From positions 320,001 through 384,000 of the forward strand of contig JASGJN010000020.1 in assembly GCA_049840735.1 (NCBI GenBank): 64,000 nucleotides of DNA. Reading direction: 5' to 3'. Source of the DNA: Anaeromyxobacter sp. GTDB lineage: Bacteria; Myxococcota; Myxococcia; Myxococcales; Anaeromyxobacteraceae. The translations under genes and the position numbers were made by a program. Positions 10,866 through 22,495 of the stretch are shown here, piece after piece. A model generated the notes under the pieces. That model saw nothing but the letters and a program-made list of their open reading frames with translations, made no database searches and was not told the DNA's origin. Position 1 is the stretch's first letter. Every line of letters begins with the position of its first letter.

Positions 10866-11524
10866 TCACGGCGCAGGCGCCGCGTCCCCCTCGCTCCCCT
10901 GCTGCCGGAGCGTCAGCTCCGCCTCCGCCAGCGTGAGCGCCTTCCCCGCCAGCGGCCCGCCGCCCGGCTGCTGCAGCCGCCCGCCCGTGCGCAGGAGGCC
11001 CGTGTCCAGCGGCGCGTAGCCGATCTCCACCACCAGCCGCGCCACCACCGCCTTGGCCTCGGCGTCGTCGCCGGCCAGCGCCAGGATGACCCGCTCGTGC
11101 AGCGGGCGATCCGGCTGCCCGCGCCGCCCCAGCTCTGCGGCCGGGAGCGTGTTGAACGCCTTCACGAGGCGTGCCTGGGGCACCGCCCGCGCCACCTCCT
11201 CGCTGGAGCTGGAGCCGCCCAGGTCGTAGAAGCCCATGTCCGGCCGGTAGTGGTTGGTGGCGTCGATGACGATCTTGCCCGCCAGCTGCTGTGCCGGCAG
11301 GTCCCCCCGGCTGCGCCACGGGATGGCGATCAGCACCACCTCGCCGAAGACCGCCGCCTCGTCGATGGTGGCCGCCCGCGCCCCCGGCCCCAGCGCCGCC
11401 ACCTGCTCCCGCAGCGTCTCCGGCGGCCCCGCGTGGCTGAGCGCCACCTCGTGCCCGGCCCGCGCGAAGAGCGTCGCGGCCGTCCCGCCGAATCTGGCCC
11501 GAATCCGAGGATCCCGATGCGCAT
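10866..11524 (-). CDS. F420-dependent NADP oxidoreductase-family protein; insertions at 11490-11494 and 11501-11505
   Basis: Corrected N-terminus MRIGILGSGQIGG (Rossmann); IVIDATN, RLVKAFNT and AGDD motifs. Confidence 0.82.
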
Positions 11525-11683
11525 GACCACCTCCGCCGCGCCATCAGCGGCGCGCAGGGGGTAAGTCACCGGAACGGGCGGCGCTGGCAACGCCCGCCCG
11601 GGCCCTGCGCCGAGGGGTGCGACCGGCCCGGGAGGGGCACGTAGGGACACCTCGCGAGGCCGCCACATCGCGCGGTGAACCTT

Positions 11684-11797
11684 GCCCTTCGACTCCGCCG
11701 CGGCGGGGCCGCGGCTACGCTCAGGGCGAACGGCACCTCCGCGGCCGCTCGGCCTGAGCGTAGGGCCCGCCTCCAGGGCGGGCCCGCAGTCGAAGGC
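11684..11797. repeat. Inverted pair of REP-like elements
   Basis: GCCCTTCGACTCC-hairpin-TACGCTCAGGGCGAACGG (11684-11733), 11-bp spacer, reverse copy 11745-11797. Confidence 0.9.
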
Positions 11798-11876
11798 CAG
11801 GCGTCAACCGGAGCGACGACGCCCCGAGGCCTGGGCCCCGGGGCGTCCGCACTTCCAGCGTTGCTGCGCTACCACC

Positions 11877-13757
11877 TCACCACCCGCACTTCTCCCCCTT
11901 GTTCTGCTGCTGCAGCCAGGCGCGCAGCGGGGCGAAGTACTCCAGCATCGGGCCGGCGTCGGCCTGCCCGCGGCCGGTGATGGCCTTGTAGGCCTCCGGC
12001 CAGGGCTTCGAGGCGCCCATGGCCAGCATGTCGTCCAGCTTCTTGCCGGCCTCCTTCGAGCCGTACACCGAGCACTCGTGGAGCGGGCCCTTCCAGCCGG
12101 CCGCGTCGCACATGGCCTTGTAGAACTCGAACTGGTAGATGGCCGCCAGGAAGTAGCGGGTGTAGGGCACGTTCGCGGGGATGTGGTACTTGGCGCCCGG
12201 GTCGAAGTCCTGCTCGGTGCGCGCCACCGGCGACGCCACGCCCTGGTACCTGGTCCGCAGCGTCCACCAGTCGGCCTCGTAGCGGTCGGGCGGGGTCTTG
12301 CCGCTGAACACGTCCCAGCGCCACTGGTCGATGAGCTTGCCGAAGGGCAGGAACGAGACCTTGGCCAGCGCCCGCTTCATCTGGACGTTGAGCAGCCCCT
12401 TGTCGTCCTTCGGCACGCTCTTGATGAGGCCGAGCTGCTTCAGGTAGCCGGGCGTGATGGAGAGCGCGATGGCGTCGCCGATGGCCTCGTGGAAGCCGTC
12501 GTTGGCGCCGTTCTGGAACAGCACCGGCAGCTGCACGTACGCGCGCTGGTAGTAGTTGTGGCCGAGCTCGTGGTGGATGGTGACCAGGTCCTCCTCGGTC
12601 GGCCGGATGCACATCTTGATGCGCAGGTCGGCGCTGTAGGTCACGTCCCAGGCGCTGGCGTGGCAGACCACGTCGCGGTCGCGCGGCTTGGTGAACTGCG
12701 ACCGCTCCCAGAACGAGGCCGGCAGCGGCTCGAAGCCCAGCGAGCTGAAGAAGGCCTCGCCGGTCTTGACCATCTTCACCGGGTCGTACTTCTGCGCCAC
12801 CAGCGCGGCGTCCACGTCGAGCGAGGGCTGGCCCTTGTACGGCTCGACCAGCGGGTAGAGGTTCTCCCAGCTCTGCGCCCACATGTTGCCCAGCAGGTGG
12901 GCGGGGATGGGCTGGCCGTCCGGCACCTTCTCCTTGCCGTAGGTCTGCTGCAGCCGGGACCGGACGTAGCAGTGCAGCTCCTCGTAGAACGGCTTCACCT
13001 GCTGCCAGAGCCGCTCGGTGTCGGCCTCGAAGGCGTCGGGCGGCATGTCGTAGCCGGCGCGCCAGAGCTGCCCCAGGTCGGCGTAGCCGATCTCGCGGGC
13101 GCCGGCGTTGGCCAGCTCCACCTCGCGCTTGTAGAGCGGCCGCATCTCGCGGGCGATGGCGTGCCAGCCGGTCCAGGCGTCGAGGTTTGTCTGGTAGTCA
13201 CGGCTCTTGGCCATGACCTCCTCGAGGTCCTGCAGGTCGCGGCAGGTGGCCTTCCTGGTCTTGCCCAGCGGGCCGCAGTACTTGCCCTTGCCATAGAGCC
13301 CCTCCAGCTTGGCCGCCAGCTGCGCCAGCTCGGCGCGCTGGGCCGGGTCGCTCGGCGCCGGCAGCGCCGAGGCGACGCGGAGCAGGTAGAGGGCGCGGGC
13401 GGTGTCGGTGTCGGTGGTCAGCGCCTGGAACTTCACCGCCGTGGCGATGGCGCCGGAGAGGTACGCCATCACGTCCTCGTTGAGCGAGGCCGCGTTCCGC
13501 TCGGTGTCGTCGGTGATGTACGTGGACTTGATCCACTCCGCGGTCGAGGAGCGGATCCAGAGCCGCTTGAGCTCCTCGTTGGCCTTCTGCACGAACGCCT
13601 GGGCGTCGGCGGCGGAGGGGCCAGCCGGGGCCGCCGAGGCGGCCGGGGGCGCAGGCCGTGGTGCGGGGGTGGGCGCGGGCGCCTTGGCGGGGGCGGAGGC
13701 GCAGGCGGACGCGGCGCCGGCGAGGCAGAGTGCGAGCAGGACGGTAGGTCGGGTCAT
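11877..13757 (-). CDS. M2-family (ACE-like) peptidyl-dipeptidase, probable lipoprotein
   Basis: HHELGH zinc motif, GFHEAIGD, PAHLLGNMWAQSW, CHASAWD, FDPGAKYH; signal peptide ending ASAC. Confidence 0.93.
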   Translation of the reverse strand: MTRPTVLLALCLAGAASACASAPAKAPAPTPAPRPAPPAASAAPAGPSAADAQAFVQKANEELKRLWIRSSTAEWIKSTYITDDTERNAASLNEDVMAYLSGAIATAVKFQALTTDTDTARALYLLRVASALPAPSDPAQRAELAQLAAKLEGLYGKGKYCGPLGKTRKATCRDLQDLEEVMAKSRDYQTNLDAWTGWHAIAREMRPLYKREVELANAGAREIGYADLGQLWRAGYDMPPDAFEADTERLWQQVKPFYEELHCYVRSRLQQTYGKEKVPDGQPIPAHLLGNMWAQSWENLYPLVEPYKGQPSLDVDAALVAQKYDPVKMVKTGEAFFSSLGFEPLPASFWERSQFTKPRDRDVVCHASAWDVTYSADLRIKMCIRPTEEDLVTIHHELGHNYYQRAYVQLPVLFQNGANDGFHEAIGDAIALSITPGYLKQLGLIKSVPKDDKGLLNVQMKRALAKVSFLPFGKLIDQWRWDVFSGKTPPDRYEADWWTLRTRYQGVASPVARTEQDFDPGAKYHIPANVPYTRYFLAAIYQFEFYKAMCDAAGWKGPLHECSVYGSKEAGKKLDDMLAMGASKPWPEAYKAITGRGQADAGPMLEYFAPLRAWLQQQNKGEKCGW

Positions 13758-13874
13758 GGCCGCGAAATCCTAGGCTGGAGAGGGACAGCGCGCCACAGGG
13801 TGGACGCGCTCCAGCCAGGAGACGGGAGGCCTGCCGACGTGACATCGGACCGGGCGCGGCGCGCCCGATCCAGC

Positions 13875-14111
13875 TCAGTGCTGCTGACCGCCGCCGCGCC
13901 GATCGTTCGCGAAGTTGCCGGCGAACTCGCGGGGCTCCTCCTGGACGCGGAAGAGCGGGCACTTCTCGCAGGACCAGCTGTCCCAGTCCAGCTTCACCGC
14001 CACGTCCAGGCAGGCGTCGTAGTGGAAGCAGTACAGGTTGCGGTGGCCGGAGACGGTGGCCTCGGAGCGGATCAGCGTCGCGAGGGGCGTGGGATTGGGC
14101 TGGGTGTGCAC
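13875..14111 (-). CDS. Small four-Cys hypothetical protein
   Basis: HRNLYCFHYDACLD...WSCEKCP; GGAG 7 nt before GTG; coding-like composition. Confidence 0.7.
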   Translation of the reverse strand: MHTQPNPTPLATLIRSEATVSGHRNLYCFHYDACLDVAVKLDWDSWSCEKCPLFRVQEEPREFAGNFANDRRGGGQQH

Positions 14112-14389
14112 CTGTCGACTCCCGGATGGCGGCTCGGCTCAGGAACAGGCGAACGGTTCGGGCATTCCCCGCGTGCGCTGCGTCTCGGCCACCGAAGCTC
14201 TGTTATGGTCGATCGGAGAGGTAGGCCCCCTCCGGGCCCCGCCGATCGTGCGCGTAAACGTTTTCGCCAGTATAACGCGCGCACCCCTGCCTCGCCCAGC
14301 CAGCCCGGCCGGGGCGGGGTGAGCAGCCGCAACAGCCCGGAGTCGCAGCGCTTCCTGGGGACAGCGGCAATGGACCGCACGGAGCCGAG

Positions 14390-14821
14390 ATGAGCCAGCC
14401 CGGATGCACCGCCTGTGAACTCCTGGCCGGCAGCAGGACTGTCCCGGGCGGGTTGCTTCTGCGGACGCAGGGGTTCGCGCTTCACGTGCTGTCGGATCCG
14501 TCTCCGCTGCCCGGCTGGCTGGTGCTGACCAGCGAGCGCCACGCCCGCGCCTGGTACGACCTGACGCCGGACGAGGCGGCCGCGCTGGGCACGCTGGCCC
14601 GGCAGGTGATGGCGGCGCAGCGGCGGGCGCTGGGGGCGGAGCACGCCTACGCCTTCGCCATCGGCGACGTGCTGGAGCACTGCCATCTGCACCTCGTCCC
14701 GCGGTACGCGGGCACGCCCGACCGGCTGCGGGGTCGGCGCTGCTTCGAGGGCCGGACGGAGGACATGCGGCCGGAGGCGGAGCTGGTCGAGGCGGCCCGG
14801 CGGGTGGTCGCGGCGCTCTGA
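14390..14821 (+). CDS. HIT-family nucleotide hydrolase
   Basis: CxxC near the N-terminus and HCHLHLVPR histidine triad. Confidence 0.88.
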   Translation: MSQPGCTACELLAGSRTVPGGLLLRTQGFALHVLSDPSPLPGWLVLTSERHARAWYDLTPDEAAALGTLARQVMAAQRRALGAEHAYAFAIGDVLEHCHLHLVPRYAGTPDRLRGRRCFEGRTEDMRPEAELVEAARRVVAAL

Positions 14822-14842
14822 GCCGGCGTGCGGTCTGGCCCT

Positions 14843-14925
14843 GCCCTTCGACTCCGCGGCGCTGCGCGCCGCTACGCTCAGGGCGAACGGTCCGCTCGGG
14901 GTTCGACAGGCTCACCCCGGGCGGA
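14843..14925. repeat. Long REP-like element plus adjacent short-form element
   Basis: 14843-14890 long form; 14891-14925 TCCGCTCGGGGTTCGACAGGCTCACCCCGGGCGGA. Confidence 0.88.
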
Positions 14926-14972
14926 GGAGCGCGCACGGGCGCGGGCGCTCGCTCACCCGCGGAGCCGAGGGG

Positions 14973-15797
14973 TCACCCGCGCGGCGGCAGCAGCGGCGCC
15001 AGCCCGTCGCGGAAGCTGGGGAAGGCCAGCGTCAGCCCGAGCGCCTGGCGCGAGCGGCCGGCCAGGATGCGCCGGTCCGGCCCGGGCGGCGCGGGCGCCG
15101 TGCCCTGCGGCGGCGGGATGCCGAGCTGCCCGGCGATCCAGGTCACCACCTCGCGACGGCGCGGCGGCTCGGCGTCGGAGGCGTGGTAGACCGCGCCCGG
15201 CGCCCCGCGCTCGAGCGCCGCCAGCACCGCGGCCGCCGCGTCGGCCAGGTGGCAGAAGTTCATCCAGGCGCCGTCGCCGGGCCCCAGGGCCAGCCGGCCG
15301 CTGCGCACCCGCTCCAGCACCCCGGCCCTCCCTGGGCCGTACAGGCCGGAGAGGCGCACCACCACCCCACCCTGCCCGCGCACCAGCGCCTCCGCCTCCA
15401 CCAGCACCTGCGCGCTGCCGCTGGCCGGCGCGGGCGGCGTCTCCTCGTCCACGTCCGAGCCGTCGCGCTGCCCGAACACCCCGGTGGACCCTGTGTAGAC
15501 CACCCGCGCGCCGGTCCGGCCCGCCGCCTCGAGCACCGCCCGGCTGGCCTCCACGTAGGCGGCGCGGTACGCCTCCGGCCCGTCGGACCCGGCCGCCTGG
15601 CAGGCCACCACCCGGTCCACCGCCGGCAGCCTGCCCGCCGCGCCGGGCGACGACAGGTCGAGGAACAGCGGCTCCACGCCGGCGGGCAGCGCCCTCGCCG
15701 GGTCGCGGCGCACCGCGATCACGCGGTGGCCGCCGGACACCAGCCGCCGCGCGATCTCGGATCCCAGCCAGCCGCAGCCCGCCACCAGCACGCGCAC
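14973..15797 (-). CDS. NAD-dependent epimerase/SDR (YeeZ-like)
   Basis: MRVLVAGCGWLG, YTGSTGVFG, RLSGLYGPGR, NFCHLAD. Confidence 0.85.
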   Translation of the reverse strand: MRVLVAGCGWLGSEIARRLVSGGHRVIAVRRDPARALPAGVEPLFLDLSSPGAAGRLPAVDRVVACQAAGSDGPEAYRAAYVEASRAVLEAAGRTGARVVYTGSTGVFGQRDGSDVDEETPPAPASGSAQVLVEAEALVRGQGGVVVRLSGLYGPGRAGVLERVRSGRLALGPGDGAWMNFCHLADAAAAVLAALERGAPGAVYHASDAEPPRRREVVTWIAGQLGIPPPQGTAPAPPGPDRRILAGRSRQALGLTLAFPSFRDGLAPLLPPRG

Positions 15798-15908
15798 CGT
15801 GTACCCACCTTTCGCCCGCCCGCGCCTCCTCGGGGACCCCGGCGCGCGGACGCCGCTCGGCATTATGACCCGGCCGCGGCGGGCCCGCCGCGCACCCCGG
15901 GGGCGTCC

Positions 15909-16739
15909 ATGACCGCGCAGCGCAGGATCGACTCGACCGTCCGCCTCTCCAGCGGCGTGGAGATGCCCGCGCTCGGCCTGGGCGTGTGGCAGGTGGGCGG
16001 CGCCGAGTGCCGCGCCGCGGTGCGCGCGGCGCTCGAGACCGGCTACCGGCTCGTCGACACGGCCCGCGTCTACGGCAACGAGGGCGAGGTCGGCGCGGCC
16101 CTGCGCGAGAGCGGCGTGCCGCGCCAGCAGGTCTTCGTCACCACCAAGCTCTGGAACACCGACCACGGCCATGACGCCGCGCTGCGCGCCTGCGACGCCA
16201 GCCTGCGCCGGCTGCAGCTCACGCAGGTGGACCTGTACCTGGTCCACTGGCCGGTGGAGAAGCTGCGGGGCGACACCTGGCGCGCCATGGAGCGGATCCT
16301 GGCCGACGGGAAGGCGCGCGCCATCGGCGTCTCCAACTACACGGTCCGTCACCTGGACGAGCTGCTGGCGAGCTGCAGGACGCCCCCGGCGGTCAACCAG
16401 GTGGAGTTCAGCCCGTTCCTCCACCAGCGCGCGCTGCTCGAGCACTGCCGCCGGCACGGGATCCAGCTCGAGGCCTACGGGCCGCTGGTGCGGGCGCAGA
16501 AGCTGGACGACCCGACCCTCCAGCGCGTGGCGCGCAAGCACGGCCGGACGCCGGCGCAGGTGCTGGTGCGCTGGGGGCTGGAGCACGACCTGGTGGTCAT
16601 CCCCAAGTCCGCCCACCCCGAGCGCATCCGCGAGAACGCCGACGTGTTCGGCTTCGCGCTGGACGGGGAGGACCTGGCGGCGCTGGACGCGCTGGACCAG
16701 GGATACCGGACCAGCTGGGATCCCAGCGACGCGCCTTGA
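15909..16739 (+). CDS. Aldo/keto reductase
   Basis: GYRLVDTARVYGNE, FVTTKLW, DLYLVHWP, AIGVSNY, VIPKS. Confidence 0.93.
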   Translation: MTAQRRIDSTVRLSSGVEMPALGLGVWQVGGAECRAAVRAALETGYRLVDTARVYGNEGEVGAALRESGVPRQQVFVTTKLWNTDHGHDAALRACDASLRRLQLTQVDLYLVHWPVEKLRGDTWRAMERILADGKARAIGVSNYTVRHLDELLASCRTPPAVNQVEFSPFLHQRALLEHCRRHGIQLEAYGPLVRAQKLDDPTLQRVARKHGRTPAQVLVRWGLEHDLVVIPKSAHPERIRENADVFGFALDGEDLAALDALDQGYRTSWDPSDAP

Positions 16740-16756
16740 TGCGCCGCGGGCGTCCC

Positions 16757-16925
16757 CCGTTCATCCTTCGACTCCGCCACCCGGCTCGCGCCGGGTGGCT
16801 ACGCTCAGGACGAACGGATTTCCGGTGTTCGGACGAACGGAGTTCCAGGATTGTGTCAGCGAACGCGTTCCAGGACCGTTCGGCCTGAGCGTAGCGCCCG
16901 CGCCGCGGGCGCGGAGTCGAAGGCC
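16757..16925. repeat. Inverted pair of REP-like elements with 58-bp spacer
   Basis: 16757-16817 and reverse copy 16876-16925, between convergent AKR and pgm; a partial extra GGACGAACGG lies in the spacer. Confidence 0.9.
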
Positions 16926-16933
16926 AGGGAGTA

Positions 16934-18574
<1,641 letters not shown>

Positions 18575-18640
18575 GGGTGGATACTACTGACACGGCTCGC
18601 GCCCTTGTCACGTCCTTAACCGGGCAGGCAAAATGTCACG

Positions 18641-19456
18641 ATGACGCTCGTCATGCCCCTCCTGGCCGTGCTCCTGGTCGCGGCCCCCGGCCCGGCCGCG
18701 CCCCCGTCCGCATGGGATGTGCTCGAGCCAGGGCTGGAGCTGGCCCTCTTCGATGGTCCTCCGGGCGGGGCGGGGGGCGACGGCAAGATCGCGGTGATCC
18801 GCATCGACCCCGCCCGCTTCGAGCTCCGGCTGCTCAACGCCTCCGCGCCGGGCCAGGGGCAGGCCCTCTCCGCCCGGCGCTGGGCGGACAAGGGCGGCGC
18901 CGCGGCGGTGATCAACGCCTCGATGTACCAGCAGGACTACCGGACCAGCGTCTCGCTGATGAAGAGCCGGGACCACGTCAACCAGCGCCGCGTCTCCAAG
19001 GACCAGACCGTGCTGGCCTTCGATCCGGTCGAGCGGGGCCTCCCGCCGGTGCACCTCATCGATCGCGAGTGCGAGCCGCTGGACCAGGCCTCCCAGGGCT
19101 ACGGCGCGGCGGTGCAGTCGATCCGGCTGGTCTCCTGCCAGCGCAAGAACGTCTGGGCCCCCTCCCCGCGCCGCACCTCGGTGGCCGCGGTGGGCGTGGA
19201 CGGGCACGGCCGCGTGCTCTTCATCCACGCCCGGACCGCCTGGCCGGTGCACGACGTGGTCAACGCCCTGCTCGCGCTGCCCATCGACCTGGCGCGCGCC
19301 ATGTACGTCGAGGGCGGACCGGAGGCGCAGCTCTTCGCCCGCAGCGGCGGGCGCGAGGTGGAGCGGCTGGGCGCGTTCGAGGCCTCGCCCGACGCCCAGA
19401 ACCGCGATCCCTGGCCGGTGCCCAACGTGCTGGCGGCGGTGCGAAGGGCCCGCTGA
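18641..19456 (+). CDS. Secreted phosphodiester glycosidase (NAGPA-like) domain protein
   Basis: Signal peptide; AVINASMY, AMYVEGG and WPVPNVL. Confidence 0.7.
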   Translation: MTLVMPLLAVLLVAAPGPAAPPSAWDVLEPGLELALFDGPPGGAGGDGKIAVIRIDPARFELRLLNASAPGQGQALSARRWADKGGAAAVINASMYQQDYRTSVSLMKSRDHVNQRRVSKDQTVLAFDPVERGLPPVHLIDRECEPLDQASQGYGAAVQSIRLVSCQRKNVWAPSPRRTSVAAVGVDGHGRVLFIHARTAWPVHDVVNALLALPIDLARAMYVEGGPEAQLFARSGGREVERLGAFEASPDAQNRDPWPVPNVLAAVRRAR

Positions 19457-19592
19457 GGCGGAGCCGGATCCGTCGACACCGCGACACGCCTGTCGCCCAT
19501 CCGCCACACTGCCAGGCGGACGGGCCCTGTGTTTCCAGCCACTTGCCCGCGGCACGGCGCGTGCTTTGACACACCCCGGGCGCACCCGCGGC

Positions 19593-20795
19593 ATGACGCC
19601 GGCGCCCGGGAGCCTCACCGTGGACGCCTCGCCCTACCGCCTCTCCCCGCCCGGCGCCGAGCCCGGCGCCTTCGCCCGCGACCTGCAGGCCCTGGCCGAC
19701 GGCGTCCTGGCCGCCGCCGCGCCCCTCGCGCCCACGCTCGAGCTGGTCGACCAGGCCGCCCCACCGCTCGAGCGCCTCACGGCGGAGGAGCGGGTGGTCG
19801 AGGCGCTGACGCTGGGCGTGCTGTGGCGCGCACATGGCCACCGGGTCCACCGCCCGGCGAGGCTCGGGGCGCGCGTGCTCCGCGTGCTGCGCCGCCGCCC
19901 CGCCCACCGGGCCCCGCGCGCCGAGCCCGGCGCCGAGGAGCTCTCCGCCCTGCTCTCCTGGCTCCTCTCCACCGGCGAGTACGGCGAGGAGGTCCGCCGC
20001 CTGGAGCGCTGGGAGCTGGCGCTGGGCGGCGACCCCGGCCTGGCCGGCGCGGTGCTGGGCGAGGTGCTGGCCTTCACCGCCTGGTTCGAGGAGGCGGCCG
20101 CCGCTGCGCTGGGGGCCACCACCGCCGGCGTGGAGCCCTTCCGCCGCGGACGCCTGCCGCTGGTCGCGGCCGAGGACCAGGTCCAGTGCGGCCGCACCCG
20201 CGCCGAGTACCACCTCTCGATGGTCGCCGCCGCGCTGCTCAACCGCGCCTGGCGGGCCGGCTTCGTGACCGCGCGGCGCCGCGTGGTGCTGGCCCCGTCC
20301 TGCCTGCGGCTCCTGCCCGAGGGGCGCTGCCAGGCGGTGCGCGTCGGCCCGCGGCTCGTCTGCCAGGAGTGCACCCCGGCCTGCGCCCTGGCCGAGGTGG
20401 CGGCCGTGGCCGAGGCGGCCGGGGCCGAGCTCATCACGGTGGAGCACGGCTCGGACCTGGACCCGGTCCTGGCCCGCCTGCCCCGCGACGGCGGCACCGG
20501 CGTGGTCGGGCTGGCCTGCGTGCCCAGCCTGCTCTCCGGCGGGTTCAAGGTCCGCGCCGCCGGCCTCGCGCCGCAGTGCGTGCTGCTGGAGGCCTCCGGC
20601 TGCGGGCGCTGGCTGGCCGGGCCGCAGCCCACCTCGCTCGACCTGGGCGCGCTGGCCCGCGTGCTCGACGTGCGCGCCGAGGCCGCCCGGGCTAGCGCGC
20701 GTAGCGCAGCCGCTGCTCTTCCCGGTACGGGTAGATGTCCACGATCTCCCCTGCCCGCAGCCGCTCCTGGATGTCCCGCCACCAGCGGCCGGTGA
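19593..20795 (+). CDS. DUF116-like Cys-rich protein (3' end uncertain)
   Basis: LAPSCLR, CQECTPAC, GLACVPSL, PQCVLLEASGC; runs about 100 bp into the aceK end. Confidence 0.65.
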   Translation: MTPAPGSLTVDASPYRLSPPGAEPGAFARDLQALADGVLAAAAPLAPTLELVDQAAPPLERLTAEERVVEALTLGVLWRAHGHRVHRPARLGARVLRVLRRRPAHRAPRAEPGAEELSALLSWLLSTGEYGEEVRRLERWELALGGDPGLAGAVLGEVLAFTAWFEEAAAAALGATTAGVEPFRRGRLPLVAAEDQVQCGRTRAEYHLSMVAAALLNRAWRAGFVTARRRVVLAPSCLRLLPEGRCQAVRVGPRLVCQECTPACALAEVAAVAEAAGAELITVEHGSDLDPVLARLPRDGGTGVVGLACVPSLLSGGFKVRAAGLAPQCVLLEASGCGRWLAGPQPTSLDLGALARVLDVRAEAARASARSAAAALPGTGRCPRSPLPAAAPGCPATSGR

Positions 20796-22414
20796 GCAGC
20801 TCGCCGTGGGCCTGCAGGAACACCTCCCGCAGCCGCCCGCGCAGCCCCAGGAACGGCAGCAGCTCCTCGGGGAAGACGTCGTGCACGCCCACGTAGAACC
20901 AGGGCTCCGCCCCGCCCCCTCGTCGTCCTCGCGCGCGGTGGGCAGGTCGCGGAAGCTCACGTCGGTCACCCGCGCCAGCTCGTCGTAGTCGTAGAAGATG
21001 ACGCGGCCGTGGCGGGTCACGCCGAAGTTCTTGGTGAGCAGGTCGCCGGGGAAGGTGTTGGTGGCGGCCAGGTCGCGCAGGGACTGGCCGAAGTCGAGCA
21101 CCGCGCGGCGGGCGGTCCACTCGTCCTGCTCGCGCACGAAGAGGTTGAGCGGCGTGACGCGGCGCTCCAGGTAGAGGTGGTCGATGGCCACGACCTCCTC
21201 TCCCACCCGCACCGTCCCGGCGCAGCCGTCGGCCAGCTCGGCCAGCACCTCGGGTGAGAAGCGTGAGCGCGGGAAGGCCAGGTGCTCGAAGTCGTGGGCG
21301 TCCACCAGCCGGCCGGCGCGGTCGTGGCGGAAGACGTGGCGGTACTTGTCCATCACCTCGCGCCGGGTGGTCTCCTTGGGCGGCGCGAAGCGGTCGCGGA
21401 TCACCTTGAAGACCACGTCCAGCCCGGGCAGGGTGAAGACGCTCATCACCAGGCCGCGGTCGCCGCGGGCCGGGACGAACCGGTCGCTGCTGGCCTCCAG
21501 GTGGCGGACGATTCCACGGTACAGCTCGGACTTGCCGTGCTTGTTGAAGCCGATGGCGGTGTACAGCTCGCTCAGCCGCTTGAGCGGCATGAGGCTGGAG
21601 AGGAAGGCCACCAGGTCGCGCGGGCGCTCCACCTCCACGTGGAAGTAGCTGCGCGTGAAGGTAAAGACGATTCGAGACGTCCTCCTCGGTGAAGAGGATG
21701 GCGTCGAGCACCACGCCGCGCTCGCCCTGCGCCAGCGCCAGCACCAGCGGCGTGGTGTAGCGCCCCCGGCGCAGCCGGCCCACCAGGTAGGCCCCCTTGC
21801 CCCGGAAGAAGACCGGGCTGGCCATCTCCACCGCGTCCACGGGCTGCGCGTCCGGCAGCTCGCGCAGGTGCGCGTCCAGCTCCACCGCCGCCAGCGTCAC
21901 GTCGCGCTCGAGGTCCTCGAAGGGCACGGCGAAGGCGTAGGCGCGCAGCACGCGCGAGAGGAGCGCGCCGGTGGTCAGCTCGCGCTCGAAGCGCTGGTAC
22001 ACCAGCGCGCCCTCGCGCGGCGCGGGCACGTCGGCGGCCAGGAACTCGATGCCAGGGTCCACGCCCACCGTGGCGAAGACGCGGCGGGTGACCGAGTTGA
22101 AGAAGGAGCGGCCGATCTCCACGTCCGGGCGGCGCTCCACCGAGGCCTCGTACCGCTCCTTCATGGCCTGCCAGGTCCCGCGATTGCGCGCCGCGCCGCC
22201 CAGCTCGGCCCGGACCACGCCGGTGCACTCCTGGATGAGCACGTCGCGCAGGTCCAGCCGGGCCCGCGCGTCGCGCTGGGCCTCCTGCCAGTCGCGCGCC
22301 TCGAAGCGCGCGCGGGCGCGGGCGGTGATGCGCGCCCGCTCCAGCATGTAGGCCTCGAACCCGGCCCGGATCGCCCTCTGCCCCGGCCGCAGCCAGGGCC
22401 CAACGCTCGGACAT
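20692..22414 (-). CDS. aceK: Isocitrate dehydrogenase kinase/phosphatase; frameshifts near 22375, 21670 and 20910
   Basis: FFNSVTRR, FFRGKGAYLVGR, LYTAIGFNKHGK, VFKVIRD, NTFPGDLLTKNFG, FYDYDE, DVFPEE distributed over frames. Confidence 0.88.
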
Positions 22415-22495
22415 GGCCTGATGTTCTAACGGCGCGCGGCCGGACGCGAGCGCCGGCCCGGGGGCCCCGTGCGGAGCCTGCCGCGGCGGGGCCGC

